From: Chrysomallon squamiferum
Taxonomy: Eukaryota; Animalia; Mollusca
Reading direction: 5' to 3'
Length of the DNA: 64,000 bases
NCBI GenBank assembly: GCA_012295275.1
Contig: CM022679.1
Location: 26,040,001-26,104,000, forward strand
The position numbers and the translations under genes are program-made. Shown here one piece after another: positions 15,050 to 30,499 of this stretch (position 1 is the stretch's first letter; every line of letters begins with the position of its first letter). The notes beneath the pieces are model-generated. The model was not told the DNA's origin and ran no database searches. It worked only from the letters and a program-made list of their open reading frames with translations.

Positions 15050-15152
15050 TGAATTTATATATATATATATGTATGTCTGAAGGTACAGTCAGGTAAACAT
15101 GAATTTGTATTTCTACATTTGTATAACTAAGTTACATACTTCGTCGCTTTAA

Positions 15153-15213
<61 letters not shown>

Positions 15214-15842
15214 AATTATTTAAATATAAGTACATATACAGAGACCAAATATTCAACAAAAAAAACCCATACTCGTACATAACTGAAATTTAGAAATGTA
15301 ACTGAGAAATTAATTTCTAAACTAAATTAATTGTATTGTAAAGAAAAGCAAATAGCAAAAAACAATGGCCCTAGGAAAATAGCATGTAATTCCTGGGGGG
15401 GGGGGGAACAAACAAACAAACAAAACAACAACAACAAAATCCCCACTTTTCAAGTTAACTTAATATTCAATTTTTTATTTTATTTATACAATTGAACTTT
15501 GGATCTTGACGATTCTCGTGATACAAAATACAGGGAATTATTCATTTGCTTTGTCACACTTCTTCAACTTAAATCGACACAATAAAGTCCTGAACAGATA
15601 TTATCACAAATACCTCTGATCCTAATCTAATATGTTAGCGTAACAGAAAAAAAAAAAAAAAAAAACCAATTGTAACCTACATATTTTACGTACATAGTAG
15701 TTGTATATATCTTTTGTAGCCTATGTTATTTGATAACGTCACTTATTAGTGTGTTTATTTTATTTTTAACGATTTAGATGATCATACCACTGTATTTATT
15801 TATTTATTTATTTGATAATTAATTAATTAGTTAATTGATAAT

Positions 15843-15877
<35 letters not shown>

Positions 15878-16455
15878 TCTGTTTATCTGTTTATCACTGG
15901 CATTCTTATAACATTTATTTCACAAACTCTTGCTTCGTCATTTATTATTTTTAACATCATCGTTTTGAATTTTTACAATTATTTAAAATATTCTCCTCCA
16001 TATATATTTTTTTATTATCACTATTCTCGCTGTGTAATCTAGACTGTATTACTGTTAATTACATTTACCTTTCTTTCCTCAATATAAAAATTGTAAACGC
16101 CGTGGCTCATGTGAACAGTCTAGGCTTTGAAATACTGCAATAATATCCCCAGGCATCAAATACCTGACTGTCGTTTATCCTTCGTACTTAAAGCGAAGGC
16201 AACACCATTTCCTGCATGACAGATACGTCACCTAGCAATCGTAGATGTTAGCGAGAGGGTGAACATATTTTCCTGATATTTCACTGTCTTGATGGCCACT
16301 TACGTACTGTTCAGAGAGCTTAGGAATAAATGATACAATAAATGATGATGATGATGATGTTTGTAAGAATTATACTGGTCTCTTTGTGTTTGTCTTTTCA
16401 TAACTTATTAACAAACTTTCCCTGAGGTTTCCGTTTCTCTACGTTATATTTCTTA

Positions 16456-16565
<110 letters not shown>

Positions 16566-16623
16566 AACACCCAGACAGGTATACACAGTTATGTATGTGT
16601 GGATATATATCTAACTATCTATC

Positions 16624-16703
<80 letters not shown>

Positions 16704-17452
16704 AACATACACATACAAACACACACATATATATATATATACATAGAGAGATAGATTTATACGTATATATATATACATACATACACACATAGATATGTCC
16801 ATCCATCTGTCTATCCATACATACATTTCATATATATATATATATATATATATAGGATATTTTACATACACACACACACACACACACACACACCTGTTTA
16901 CTGCGTGTTAGTACACACACTGCTGAAACCAGCCATTAAGGACGCAACCTCGACCTTGCTTTTAACCAAAGAACAAATGACAGGTGTTGATGGCAATAAA
17001 ACGTTGAAACGAATCTCCCTGCTGTTCATTCTAGTGAACAGTCTTTACAATTATTTAACAGTGTCTTGCTTTTGGCGTCATTGGGGAAATTTCAGCCGAG
17101 CCTTGCCGTGGGCTATCGGGTTGTTGGATGGTGTGTGTTTCAGTGTGTTTTAGCTCACATACACGTTTTTACGAGATTCACGGCATTGTTGCTACTATAT
17201 GTTACACTGATATTAAAGTTGTTTTTTTGTTGTTGTTGTCTTTTGTACAAAAAAAAAATTAAATGTTTATTTATTTATTTGATGGTTTGTTTGTTTGTGT
17301 TTATTTATTTTATTTTAAAGTTAATGTAATAGATTTTGTGTATGTATGTATGTGTATTGTATGTGTGTGTGTGGGGGTGTGTGGTTGTATTGGCTGTGTG
17401 TATTTCTTGGTGTTTACATTTCGTAATGTACATTATATATAACATTCATTAA

Positions 17453-17555
<103 letters not shown>

Positions 17556-17996
17556 AGAAATAGGTAAAATTAAAAACGAACGAAGAGACATAGTATGAAC
17601 GGGAAATAACAAGATAACAAGAATCATTGCTTTGAAATCAAGCAATATAAACTATTTACTAAAAATTCGTTTAAATTAAATTTAAAAAAAAAAAAAAAAC
17701 AGTCCGTCATTTTATTTAAAATTATATTTAGATAAAAAAACTTTGTTGTGTCCATCACTTAATTAATAATGAACTTCCTCGTACAGAGAAGTTTTTTTTT
17801 TTTTTTTAAATTTTAATCTTTCCCCATGGTGAAGGCAATTTGTAACGTATGACATATTGAAAATAAATCTTTGTCTACAGGTTGCTGCTGTACATTCTGC
17901 GACATCAGGAGTGTTATTTTATCTACCAGCTGTCACGTGCATCACGCTGTTTTAACACTGGTCGAGTCCTAACGTAACACTAATACAGTGATTGAA

Positions 17997-18342
<346 letters not shown>

Positions 18343-19130
18343 AATTTAAATAGAAAAGTGTATGTTTATGACTGTGTTCCTTTGTTTTAATATTATTTAT
18401 TAATTAAAAAATACACACACACACACACGCACACATACATACACACACAAACACACGTACACAAGTACAAAAAAAAAATACAAAAAAAAACGTACTCGGA
18501 TGTACGTGACTGTTTGTTACAGACGTCCCGCTGAGTTTTGTTTTTATTTTTCACAAGTGCGGCTGTTTCTTTCATTCACGCGAAAGCGATCTATAAAATC
18601 GATCTGTGCAAGTTAAAACATTTAGCTAGTTTAGATTATTAGGTCAAACAACCCTTTTTATTTATAACCACATCTATAACCGCCGATTAACAAACTCAAC
18701 AAAGCATTTATCACATACTTCACCTTTCACGAACAGAGTACATCGTCGTTCATTTTATTTGATAATCACGTCAGTCATTATTTTATTATTTTTTTATTTT
18801 TATTTTTTTTATTTTTATTATTATTATTATTATTTATTTTTATAGTCTCTCGCTCAGTAAACCTTAATTTAATTTGTTCGCTGTTTTGGCAGAACATCAG
18901 TTTTCGATTAAAAAAAAAAAATTACCTGCTTTAATTCGGGTGGTCATTGCAAATACGCTTTTATCACAAATTAGTTTTATTTGTTTATGATTCACTGTTA
19001 AATGGATGATGTCATATGTCAGAAATTGTGTTTGTATGATGGAACATGCATAATATATGTATGTATGTATGTATATATATCTATCTGTGTGTGAGTGTGT
19101 ACGTGTATATCTTTGTACATATATATATAT

Positions 19131-19187
<57 letters not shown>

Positions 19188-19569
19188 TAGTAGTAGTAGT
19201 AATAGTAGTAGTAGTAGTAGCAGTAGTAGTAATAGTATTGGTAGTGGTAGAAAAAGTAATAGTAATAGTATAAAAATAATCAAATTTAAAATTAAAAAAA
19301 CAAAATTACACTAAGACAAAGATATCTGCTATTAGGAGATTGAAAATTCTTTAAAAAAAACAAACAACGTAATAATAATAATAATAATAAAAAGAAAAAA
19401 AATAAATAAAAATAACAAGACGGAAATAACAACTGATAATCTCCTATTTGAAGAACTCATCAACAAAATTTATCTCCTATTTGGCGCTCGCTAAATTGTT
19501 TTCAATCTGCTTACACATTTCATAAATGATTTATTAAATAATAATAATAAAAAAAAAGATCATTATTTT

Positions 19570-20010
19570 TAATATTCCGCGGCTGAACAATATCTTTTCG
19601 TGTCGAGTCGAGAACTCCAATCCCGTGGGTCATAGACAAAAGCGAAGAAGTCCCCGCGGGACAAAAGATGTACAAGAACAAACAGAAAGAGAGAAAAAAA
19701 ATAGTCTTCACAAATCATAACGAGGCTGAAAAAAAAAAAAAAAAAAAATCAATTTTGTTGCTGATGCGCAGTTCGATCCGCTTTAAAAGCGTGTGTTTTG
19801 TTTCCAGTCGAGCGTCCGTCGAAGCAACATGTGTGTCGATGTTGTTACATTAAGCAAATTGTTCTTTTATCTTAGCAAAACGGCCGCACAAAGCCGAACA
19901 CCAGTGGTCATTGTTGTCTCGGCGCCGTAGGTTTTCGTTAGTTACAAAAAACCGTATTAACGCGTCCCATTGTTGTGTCTCGCCAGTATTGTGAAAGGCC
20001 GGTTGTGTGT
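19570..20010. promoter_or_regulatory. CpG-rich non-coding island, candidate enhancer/CNE
   Basis: Unique GC-richer sequence with two CATTGTT Sox-type sites (about 19909 and 19968) and no credible ORF. Confidence 0.4.
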
Positions 20011-20612
20011 CTGTGTGTGAGTCTGTGTGTGAGTGTGTGTGTGTGTTTTCGATTCAAATTTGGGATAGTTGTATTATTAATTCTGATCAATTATTGGCCA
20101 TCGTTAACAGCTCTGAATAGAGTGGTCGTATGAACACAGAATTACATCGAAATGGTTTAATAGTAGAGCTTCTGTTGACACGGTATGAATGCTGTACAAA
20201 CAGATAGAGTATTCTTTCTTTTTTTTTTAATTCTTTTTTTAAAGAGATGAAAAATGAAGCACTCTGTGGTTTGGTATTGTTGGCGAGTAAAGTGATTGTG
20301 AACTGTGTTAACAGGTGTGAATTTGTGGACGGTAAATGGAAAATATGAAAAAAAAAAATTAATTATCTTCATCAGAATTACATTGTATACCGACATACGA
20401 CAAAATACGTTACATGGGAACATTTTAATAACTGTTTACACATTGTCCAAAAAATGTACAATTAATTTCGGTGATGCTTTGTCAGAATTTGTCAGCATAT
20501 TTTCTTAATTATTATTATTATTATTTTTTTTTTACACTTTTACTATAAACTCTGTTATATACTGTTCATTTCATTTACTATGTTACATTTATTATTTTTT
20601 CATTATTATTAA

Positions 20613-20646
<34 letters not shown>

Positions 20647-20937
20647 GTTACTACAACAACAACAGCAACTACTACTACTAGTCATAATTATTAAAATTAT
20701 TATTTCATTACTGATATTATTATTATTATTATTATTACAGTATATAAAATTATTATTATTAATATTGTTTTTGTTACTATTTGTATTTGTTGCGGATTTT
20801 GTTGCATTCATATCCTAATATTTCATTTCTCCATACCAGTGAGTATTTTTGTGTCATTAGTTTTTGAATGCTAAACATTTGAATTTTTTTCTGACATAGA
20901 AAACTTTCTATTTTTCCTCATAATTAGTAGCAAACAG

Positions 20938-20968
20938 TTTTTTTATTTGTGCCTTCCTACAGGTATGT
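20938..20968 (+). other. Candidate recursive splice site (ratchet point)
   Basis: Polypyrimidine tract tttttttatttgtgccttcctacAG (AG 20961-20962) directly abutting a strong donor GTATGT (20963-20968). Confidence 0.4.
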
Positions 20969-21689
20969 CGCAATATACTGGTTGTTACAAGCCAAATATA
21001 TTTAACGATATTTCTAGCAATATATATGCATGTATACATATATAGGTAATATATGCCTTTGTGTTTCTAATTTTTGTTAATAATAAATGAAGGTTTGATC
21101 CCATGACCTGTCACACTATGAAACAGTACTGTGACACAAACGCTTCTATTACCTGTCATATTGCATTATACACTATATCATAATCGAGATATATTTAAAG
21201 GAAAATATCTTTATATTTTTCAAAAATTAATTTATTATCCAACTCATTATGTCACATGACATTGTACATCTTGTCATAATAGTTTCTAAAAGATCCATAA
21301 AACCGTATTTTAAATTTTTTTTATAAATTATAATAATTTGAATATCATATGATGTGCTGTATTTCATTTCATAATTATTTAAAAAAATCTACGCTACTGT
21401 GCACCTTTTGTGCTGTTTTCCATACGATTGCTACAGTTCAATAGATGCATTAATTTAGATGTTAGGAAGGAGACGAAAAAAATCTACTTCTTTTAAACTC
21501 GTATTTCATTATCATCTATTTTGAATCCAGTGACTAATTATTATTTTTTTTTTTACATATTTAAATTGAGAGATGTGCTTAAAATAGACGTATTGAAAGA
21601 TTAAAAAAAATAAATAAGTAAATAAATTAAAAAAAAATTGCATATGATAATTTTGAAAAGATTTCTTGACAGTGTTATTGGTTGCTTTT

Positions 21690-21700
21690 TCAAGCGTGAA
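21690..21700 (-). promoter_or_regulatory. Pax6-type paired-domain consensus site TTCACGCTTGA
   Basis: Reverse complement of tcaagcgtgaa matches TTCACGCWTSA at 11/11. Confidence 0.45.
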
Positions 21701-21982
21701 ATGTGCAGTGTGCCTTTTGTGTTACGAGTATATTTATTTGTAAGACGTCATTATGCAGGCTATGACATCCCAGATTACCTCTACTATAAATTAAGTTTGA
21801 ATTATGTGCAAGTGTATGTATATATCTATATATATATCTCTCTCTTTCTCTCTCTATATATATGCATTTGTGTGTGGGTGTCAGTGTGTGGGTATATATA
21901 TATATATCTCTATAAATATATGCGTGTGTGTGTGTGTGTGTGTGTGTGTGCATATATATATATATATATATATGTGTATGTG

Positions 21983-22013
<31 letters not shown>

Positions 22014-22018
22014 GTGGG

Positions 22019-22063
<45 letters not shown>

Positions 22064-22077
22064 GAACGTGTATGTGT

Positions 22078-22111
<34 letters not shown>

Positions 22112-22528
22112 TGTATACATGTGTGTGTGTATGTATGTATATTTATATATGTACATTGTTTATTTGTATATGGGGTGTGTAGACATATATTTATGCATAT
22201 TGAATACACACGCTGCAGTTTGGTTGCAGTTTGGATACAAATTCCTGTTTTGACGGAATGGCCAGTCTGTCATCTCAGACAGATAGAAATCTCAGACTTT
22301 AAAACCCTCCATTAATGTCTCCATTTCAAAACAGTGAACGTTTGAATCACTGAGCTGAACTTCACGTTTGTAGGCGTACGTTCTGAAGTCAGAGTCATCT
22401 GACACGTAAAAGTAGTCATTAGAACACACTAGTCTGCCTTGAATACGTCATGTTTTTAAAATATAATACATAGATGCATATAGAGGCTTATTAGAAGTAC
22501 ATACGTACTTACTTAAAACCACACACAA

Positions 22529-22563
<35 letters not shown>

Positions 22564-22569
22564 CACACG

Positions 22570-22612
<43 letters not shown>

Positions 22613-22617
22613 TCATA

Positions 22618-22703
22618 CGACACCTTTTAACGTTTGCATTATGAAATAACTTTATTTTGAGCAAATACTTAGACATAAATTTCTCAACTTAAATATGTAA
22701 ACA

Positions 22704-22734
<31 letters not shown>

Positions 22735-22819
22735 ATCTATATCTATATATATATATATATATTAATATAGATAGATAGATAAGTATTATATTTCGTAATG
22801 CAAACGTTAAAAGGTATCG
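22618..22819. mobile_element. MITE-like non-autonomous DNA element (Tc1/mariner-type TA target duplication)
   Basis: 31-bp terminal inverted repeats (29/31 identical; 32/34 including flanks, 22615-22648 vs 22789-22822), flanked by TA on both sides; the interior is a (TATC)n/(TA)n/(GATA)n microsatellite. Confidence 0.7.
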
Positions 22820-23332
22820 TATATACGTTCATATTTATACGTATATCATAATTCCTTTTATTTTCCACCGATCCGTAGTTTCATTCGTCCGTCCACTTTT
22901 GTGTTGTATTATAAACAATATAGATTTATTACAATTGCACGTACAGCACACCAAAAACAAAGTACACGATATATTTCTTTAATGTCAGGCAAAAATGTTG
23001 ATTTATTAATGACCAGTTTATTCCCGAATCTATTTGCAAATTTATTTAGTATTTTGTATCTTACGCTCATTTACTCAATAAAATTCTACATTGTTCGTGG
23101 ACATTAAGAATTCATACACACACAGTTAAAACATCATAGCACTGCACTGCAAGCGTACTTCTGAACTGACTCACATACAGATAGATAAACATATACATAT
23201 ACATAGGCATGTAGATATATATACATGTAAATATACATATACGTAAGAAGTGGATTATACGATGTTACATTTGTCCATTTGAAAACTCTCATATTCTTTT
23301 ATTATGACTATTCATTAACAAAGTACACACTT

Positions 23333-23448
<116 letters not shown>

Positions 23449-25525
23449 ATGTATCTCTCTCTTTTTTATCTTTATATCTCCCTTTCTCTCTGTCTGTCTC
23501 TCTGTCTTTCTCTTTGTTCCTTTGTTTAGACGCTTATACCTATACACACACACAATTAACAAGTACATTAACAACACACACACACGTAATTAAAAAACCG
23601 TTATAACACGCGTATATAACCGTCACAAACTTTATTACACACACGTACGTTAACGATAGTCTACGTCATCGATTTGCGACACGTACCAATAGGAGATCAG
23701 AGAACTCGCACTGAAAACAACGACACTGCATGGGAGGGGGGGCAATGCAATGCTTGAATCACTCAGGCGCAGGACAGTCTAAATTATTTAACGTCTTGAT
23801 TCTGTGTGTTTTTGTTTTTTTTAAACTGTGTTTCTCCGTCAAGGCGACATTAGGTCGAGGTGCAGTGGCTCCGTGTAGAAAAATCTTTTCAAACAAATCG
23901 TCAGTTATTATTTTTATTATTATTATTATTTTTTTTTTAAATGGGAAGTCCCTGGCAGAGATGTTGTTATTTATTTATGAGGTTTTTAAGCCTTTTGTTT
24001 ATATTCAATTTGAAGTGGTGATGAGGGAGAGAGAAAGAAATAAAAAAAATAAAATAAAATGAAAGGTTCTGAATAGGACGAGTTAAAGGATGTAAACGCA
24101 TCTACTAGGAATGGTGCGTTAAATTAAGTAAACAAACTACGCACCGCACGCATCTTGTGTATATTTAATGAAAATGATACTCACGAGACGATTGATTTTT
24201 TTCGAAAATGAAACTTCAACGCCCCCCCCTTCCCATCGTTCCTTGCACGTTAATGGAGGGTTTGACCATATTTGGGCATCCCTTTCCATCATCCTCCTTT
24301 GGATATAATGTAGTGTTCCGTTTAAAAAAATAAAAAAATAAAACAGGAAGAAAAAAAAGACCAACATATTTATTTCCTGATGGATGTTTCGCTTTCAGCG
24401 TAATGCCTAATTTAGCAGCGATAATGAAAAATGACAATTTTATTGTCCTCCAGTATTTATTGTATTCTGCAGTTTCGTTTTATTGATGTCTCTGTGATGA
24501 TTGGATACAAACAGTTATTATTTAGAGACGTGGTATAGTCACGTGATATAAACATTATTTTTTTTATTTTATTATTTTTAAATGTTTCAGCAATAGTTTT
24601 TAAAATTATAATAATGAGACTGGTTTCTCTTTCAAGATCTTACGTATCATTAATTGAATGTATGTATGTGTATATGTGTATTTTTATGTATGTGTCTGTA
24701 TATGTGTGAACGTGTATGTTTGTGTATAAATATGTATGTATGGATGTATATGTATATATGTATGTGTGTCTGTGTGTGTGTATATATATATGGCGTTTGT
24801 ATTCCTGTATGATATGTGTATATATGTGTATATATGTGCGTGTTTGAGTGTGTCTGTGTATATATTCAGATAATTACTTTCTTATTCATCCGTTTGTAAA
24901 ACATACTGCTTTTATTCTAATTCTAAACATCTGTTATGTTAATAATATATCACTCTTACTGTGGTTTAATGTGTTAATAGGTAAAATAAATGTAATATAT
25001 GGCTGATGTGTACACTTGCTTAAACTCAAGTATATCTCCACCTGTATAAAGACTTGACATCTCCCGCTTGGTGATCAGAGTCATAAAAAGGGTATAAGCC
25101 AGCCATTGGCAAATTCCAAACACTACCCGGGCAAGTTAATTAACGTAATAAACATCACTAGTTGTGCCGAAATTATTTGTTAAGCCGAGAGGGGGTCCCA
25201 TAACTTATAGTAAAGTTCCGCAAAAGACCTACTGAAGCTGAAAAATGTTTCAGAAAATAGTTGTGTTTTTTTTTGTTTTTTTTTCTTATTGGGTCGACGC
25301 TTAGTATGTCTTTTTCTTTTTTTGAAAACATGTTTTGAAATGCTGGATGATGGTAAAGGGGGTAAAGTAGGTATATTCTGTGGCGATGTGAATTCTGGTT
25401 TTATTGGGAGTCAGCGAGGCGTGACGAGTAAAGATGGCTGTCAGCGACTCCCCGCTGTCACTTGACCAGGTAGAAGTTGAAGTCCCCGCTTTTAAACTGG
25501 CAGGTCGGCGTCTTGCAGAAATCAT

Positions 25526-25556
<31 letters not shown>

Positions 25557-25742
25557 TTATTTTTTATTATTATTATTAATTAATTATTATTATTAGTAGT
25601 ATTATTTTTATTTTTATTTATTTATTTATTTATTTATTTATTTTTTATTAAATAAAAACACTAACAGGCGGACTGATTAATAGATGTGTATATAAATATT
25701 TAAATAAAACTAAATAAAAATACTTAACAAAATCAACAATAA

Positions 25743-25787
<45 letters not shown>

Positions 25788-26061
25788 ATAAGCTCTTCTA
25801 TTCTTCACCTTCATGTGACTCGTCCTCATTTTTCCTTTCCTATGTAAACCTTCTGTCATTCTTCTCTGTCGCAGAGCCAGCCCCTCCCCTGTCTCATCCC
25901 TGTTCTCACCCCCCCTCCACATCTCCCTCTCTTTTTATCGAATCTTCTCCCTTCTCTGATCCACACCCTCCATCAACGATCACCCCGCCTCCTTCGAACA
26001 ACACCAATTCCTTCCTATACACTTCACTTTTTATTCACTTTCAGCGAATCTTTCCGTTTTA

Positions 26062-26138
26062 CCCGCTCCCCATCCTTTCCCCCTGCCTCCCTCCCCACCT
26101 CCCTTTTCCTCCCCCCACCCGTCCCTCCCCCTCTTCCC
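26062..26138 (-). other. G-quadruplex-forming G-rich tract (C-rich on +)
   Basis: About ten runs of three or more C with short loops, in an AT-rich background. Confidence 0.55.
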
Positions 26139-26313
26139 ATCTGACCTACATATATCATTTCTTTATTGACAACTGTCAGTTGAAGTTCCCACTTAGAAGC
26201 TGAATGACAGAAAACGTGAATGAAGAAAAATAAACATGATGATAATATTAATAATAATAATAATAATAACAATAATAATAATAATCATTCAGTTTGAAAT
26301 CTTCAGCCTGTGT

Positions 26314-26370
<57 letters not shown>

Positions 26371-27300
26371 GTTTTTACAGAGCTCTGATGTAAATATTGT
26401 AAAGACACTGACCGCTTACCTTGTATTTTTTTTTTTTTTTATCAGCAGCGAAACTTCGCAAAACACCTGTAGCTTGCCCGTGGGGTTTAGTAACAGGTGC
26501 ACACACAGCGGTGGGAAAATAATAATAAAAAAATATATTTTATTTTTATATCTTTAATTATACACAAAATGTCATAACGTCACGCTTTGCGGAGTTTGAA
26601 GTATTTGTGTACCTAGTGGTAGAAAATTTTTTTTTTGAAAAAAAAATTCTGTTTTATTTTTGAGTTATAACTCGTGTCCTTTCGCAATACCACACGTTAA
26701 ATAGTTAAGGCTTCATGTATTTGTTTTTTTTAGATTTCTTTTTTTTTTTTTTTTTTTTTCTTTTTTTTCTTTTTTAATTTTTTTTCTTTTTTTTTTCTCT
26801 TGTTCATTCTTTCTCTCCTTGTTCATTCTTTCTCTCCTTGTTCATTCTTTCTTTTCATTCTTTTTCATTCTTTCTTTTATTTTCCTTTTTCTTTTTTTTT
26901 TAAAAACAATACTTTCATATATCTCGTCCTAAATGTTATTTTATTTTCTCTTTTTTCTTTTAATTTTTTAATTAATTTTTTTCCGTTTCCCCATTATTCA
27001 CACATTCTCTTGTTAAACTGTGAATACTTTATGTTTGTTCACGTTCTTACACTTTATATCAATTTTTAAAATCTCACTCTAGTTCCCAGATCACGCAAAC
27101 GTTAACGTCTACCGTTTACAAGAGTACATTATCGTTAGAAAAAGAAGATATATCTGTAACGTGGTATTTTCTTTGTTTTTGTTCGTGTTAAAGAGGAAAC
27201 AGTGATACACGTTATTGATTACATTAACCTAATCCTCGCACCCCACCCTGAGCAGTCCCATGATGACTCGACACATTTTAGAACTTTGCCTTCTTAAATA

Positions 27301-27561
27301 CTGCTACTGCATTAATACCACTGTACTACTGCAACTGCAGCTACTGTTACTACTACTACTACTACTACAACTATTATTACTACTACTGCATTAATACTAC
27401 TGTGCTACTGCAGCTGCAGCTACTGTTACTACTACTGCTGCTACTACTGCTACTACTACTGCATTAATACTACTGTGCTACTGCAGCTGCAGCTACTGTT
27501 ACTACTACTACTACTACTACAACTATTATTACTACTACTGCTGCTTCTGTTACTACTACTG

Positions 27562-27613
<52 letters not shown>

Positions 27614-27700
27614 AGCTGCTGCTGCTGTTGCTATTACTACTACAGCTGCTGCTGCTGCTGTTGCTATTACTACTACTACTTTTATTACTATTACTACAAA
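27301..27700. repeat. Compound (CTA/CTG)n microsatellite with a thrice-repeated unit of about 75-80 bp
   Basis: tactgcattaatacyactgtrctactgcarctgcagctactgttactact recurs at about 27305, 27384 and 27457. Confidence 0.85.
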
Positions 27701-28312
27701 CTAATGGACCTGTATATGCAGAAAACAGCAAAGAGAAAAAATTATTTACCTTTATTTATTTATTTTTTAAATTATAAAATGAAGGAGAAAAATACGAAAA
27801 TCCTCGAAATAGTTTTGTATATTCTGCACATTTTCAGCTGTACCTTTGAAAGGTGGTTCCTTGGAATTTGATCTATGGAGGTGAAAAGCCGGTTCAATTA
27901 CAAATCCATTTCAAAACCAAACAACGTCCTACACTTTATTAATGCTTTTTTTTTTTGTGTGTGTGTGGAAAATTACGAAACTGGTCCACGCGCTATATCG
28001 AGCCCATGTCACCTTTCCAAGATTTATATTTAGAAGCAAATTGTATTTTCCCCTCGTAAAATTTGCTCTTGCAAGTCAGAGGCCTCGGGGCCAGAATAGC
28101 TTTCCCAGAAAAGAAAATGTTAACTGATAAAATTAGAACGAATGGAGAGAGAAAGAGAGAGGGAAAGAAGGAAGGATAGTGAGAGAGAGAGAGAATGAGT
28201 GAATGACAGAGGGAAGGAGAGAGAGAGAGATAGAAAGAAAGAGAAATAAGAAGAAATAGAAAGGGAGAAAGCAAGGGAAAGAAGTAAGAAGATATGAAAT
28301 ACTGATGAACAA

Positions 28313-28419
<107 letters not shown>

Positions 28420-28571
28420 AAATGAATAGCGATAGAGAGAGAGAGAAAAAAAAGAGACATAAAAATTGTAGGAGAGAGTTACAGCACAAAAAGTATACAG
28501 AGGGGAAAAAACCCACATACTTTTTCATTTAATAAATTAAACAAGATTTCTCTCGCAAACATTCTTGGTCA

Positions 28572-28626
<55 letters not shown>

Positions 28627-30499
28627 TGTTCCTAAATGCTGGATTCTCGCACGGTATTCCAAGCCACTTATGTGAAAGCGTGTATGGCCCAAATGTTAAT
28701 TTGACTGCATAGAAAAAAACGAGAGCTGGGTGTCTGATTATTGTGGGGTGAAAAGGCATTCAATGTAGCTTTTATTCAAGCTGTCGGAGTTAGGCCCGCA
28801 ATAAATATTATTTCCTTTCACAGAGACACAAACGTATTCGGGCTTCGCATTGTCGGATCGGAGACCTCAGAGTGGGTTAGATGCCTTCTGGTATTTATCT
28901 TTTGCTTTGAAGTACAACAGAATGACGGGTAGTTTGGAGGGTAGGACTCGTCAAAAGCATGGGAGAGGAAAACAAAAGACTGCCCACTCCAGAGCTCTGG
29001 CAAGAATGAATGTTTCGCCGGACAATGGTCAAGTGAAATATTGGATTTTTTTTTTTTTTTTCATTTTTCAAAAGGTGGTTTGAGAATTGGGAGAGAGAGA
29101 AAGAAAGAAAGAAAAAAAACTCTCGAAAATTCCTGTACAGTATTTTTGTGTTCTTTTAAAAACTGTTGAACATATTGTCCTTGTTGCACTGACTGAAATG
29201 TCGCCTTGACGTGTCAATAAAACCTGAATTGGCTGCAATAAAATAAAGATTATGGCCAAATGATATAAAGAGATAGGCAGTAGTCTTTTCTTAGGCTTTA
29301 AACACTGCTGTAAGATGATCGTCCTTGACGACTTGCAGTGGTCAAAGGTTATTTTTTCTGTGTTTGCTGTTCTCTGGGTTCACGCGTTCTAAATATGTCA
29401 GTTGTTGTGTGTGAAATGTTTCTTGTTTTATTCTCTCTCGTTTCCAGAATATTTGATTGTATTTGCTTAGTAATAAAGACGTGCATTACAATAATCCCTA
29501 TTTCTTTATTCTCTGTTTTCTTTCTTCTGTTATAACCACACACAAACACACACACACAAGAACACACACACACACACAAATACAAGCACACACACACACG
29601 TACGCACACACCTTTTTTTATTCTTCATGTTTTACATTACTCGTTTGTACCAAAATAAAATACTATTTTTAATAATTTTAATTGAACGCTAGAGGTATAT
29701 TCTTCAAAGTGTGAGTTTTCCATTTAACAGAACGTGAATGTAAAACATTTTTTTTTTTTGATATTATTGCATAATTTTTTATTTTTTATTTTTTAAAAGC
29801 AAAGAGACAACTCAGTATAAAAATGACATTAATGTATATTACGTTTGTTATTTATGAAACCTCTGTGACCTATCCTAGTGACCCGAAATAGTTTCGTTTA
29901 TTTATTTGACATTCTTTATGAAGAATTTACATGAAGAAATTTTAATTCCCATAATACAAGTAACTTTATAGAATCAAATAAAAACCAAGGACACCTTTAA
30001 GAAATCAAAAGTAAAAATTAAAAAAAAAAAAAAAAAAAAAAGAAGAAGGAAGTCGATATAGTAAATGACTCCATATTTGTATTAGTGTGTGGTTTTTTTT
30101 AGAAAATGTATTGAGGCAATTAGAAATTCATTTGCTGTGGAGCTATGCGTATTACGCTTGAACAGGTGCACAGGAAAACACACACTTTCCTCAACTGCAC
30201 CAAATGATACAGGTTTTATTTTGATCTGGCGTCGACCAAGCATGGCGACCAACAAAAAAAAAAAAAAAAAAAAAAAAGAAGCATGTCATCTTGGAATTTC
30301 CCACCCAGTAGCCACAGGCATGCGCACCGGAATGTTCCCAGAATTCACTGACCTCTGTTTGAAAAATAATAAAAAAAATAATAATTTTAAAAAAAAAAAA
30401 TAATAATAAAGAGAAAAAATTAAATTAAGGACACCGAAGACAAAAAAAAAAAAAATAAAAAATAATAATAATAAAAAAAGGGATTTTCTTGTCAGGAAC

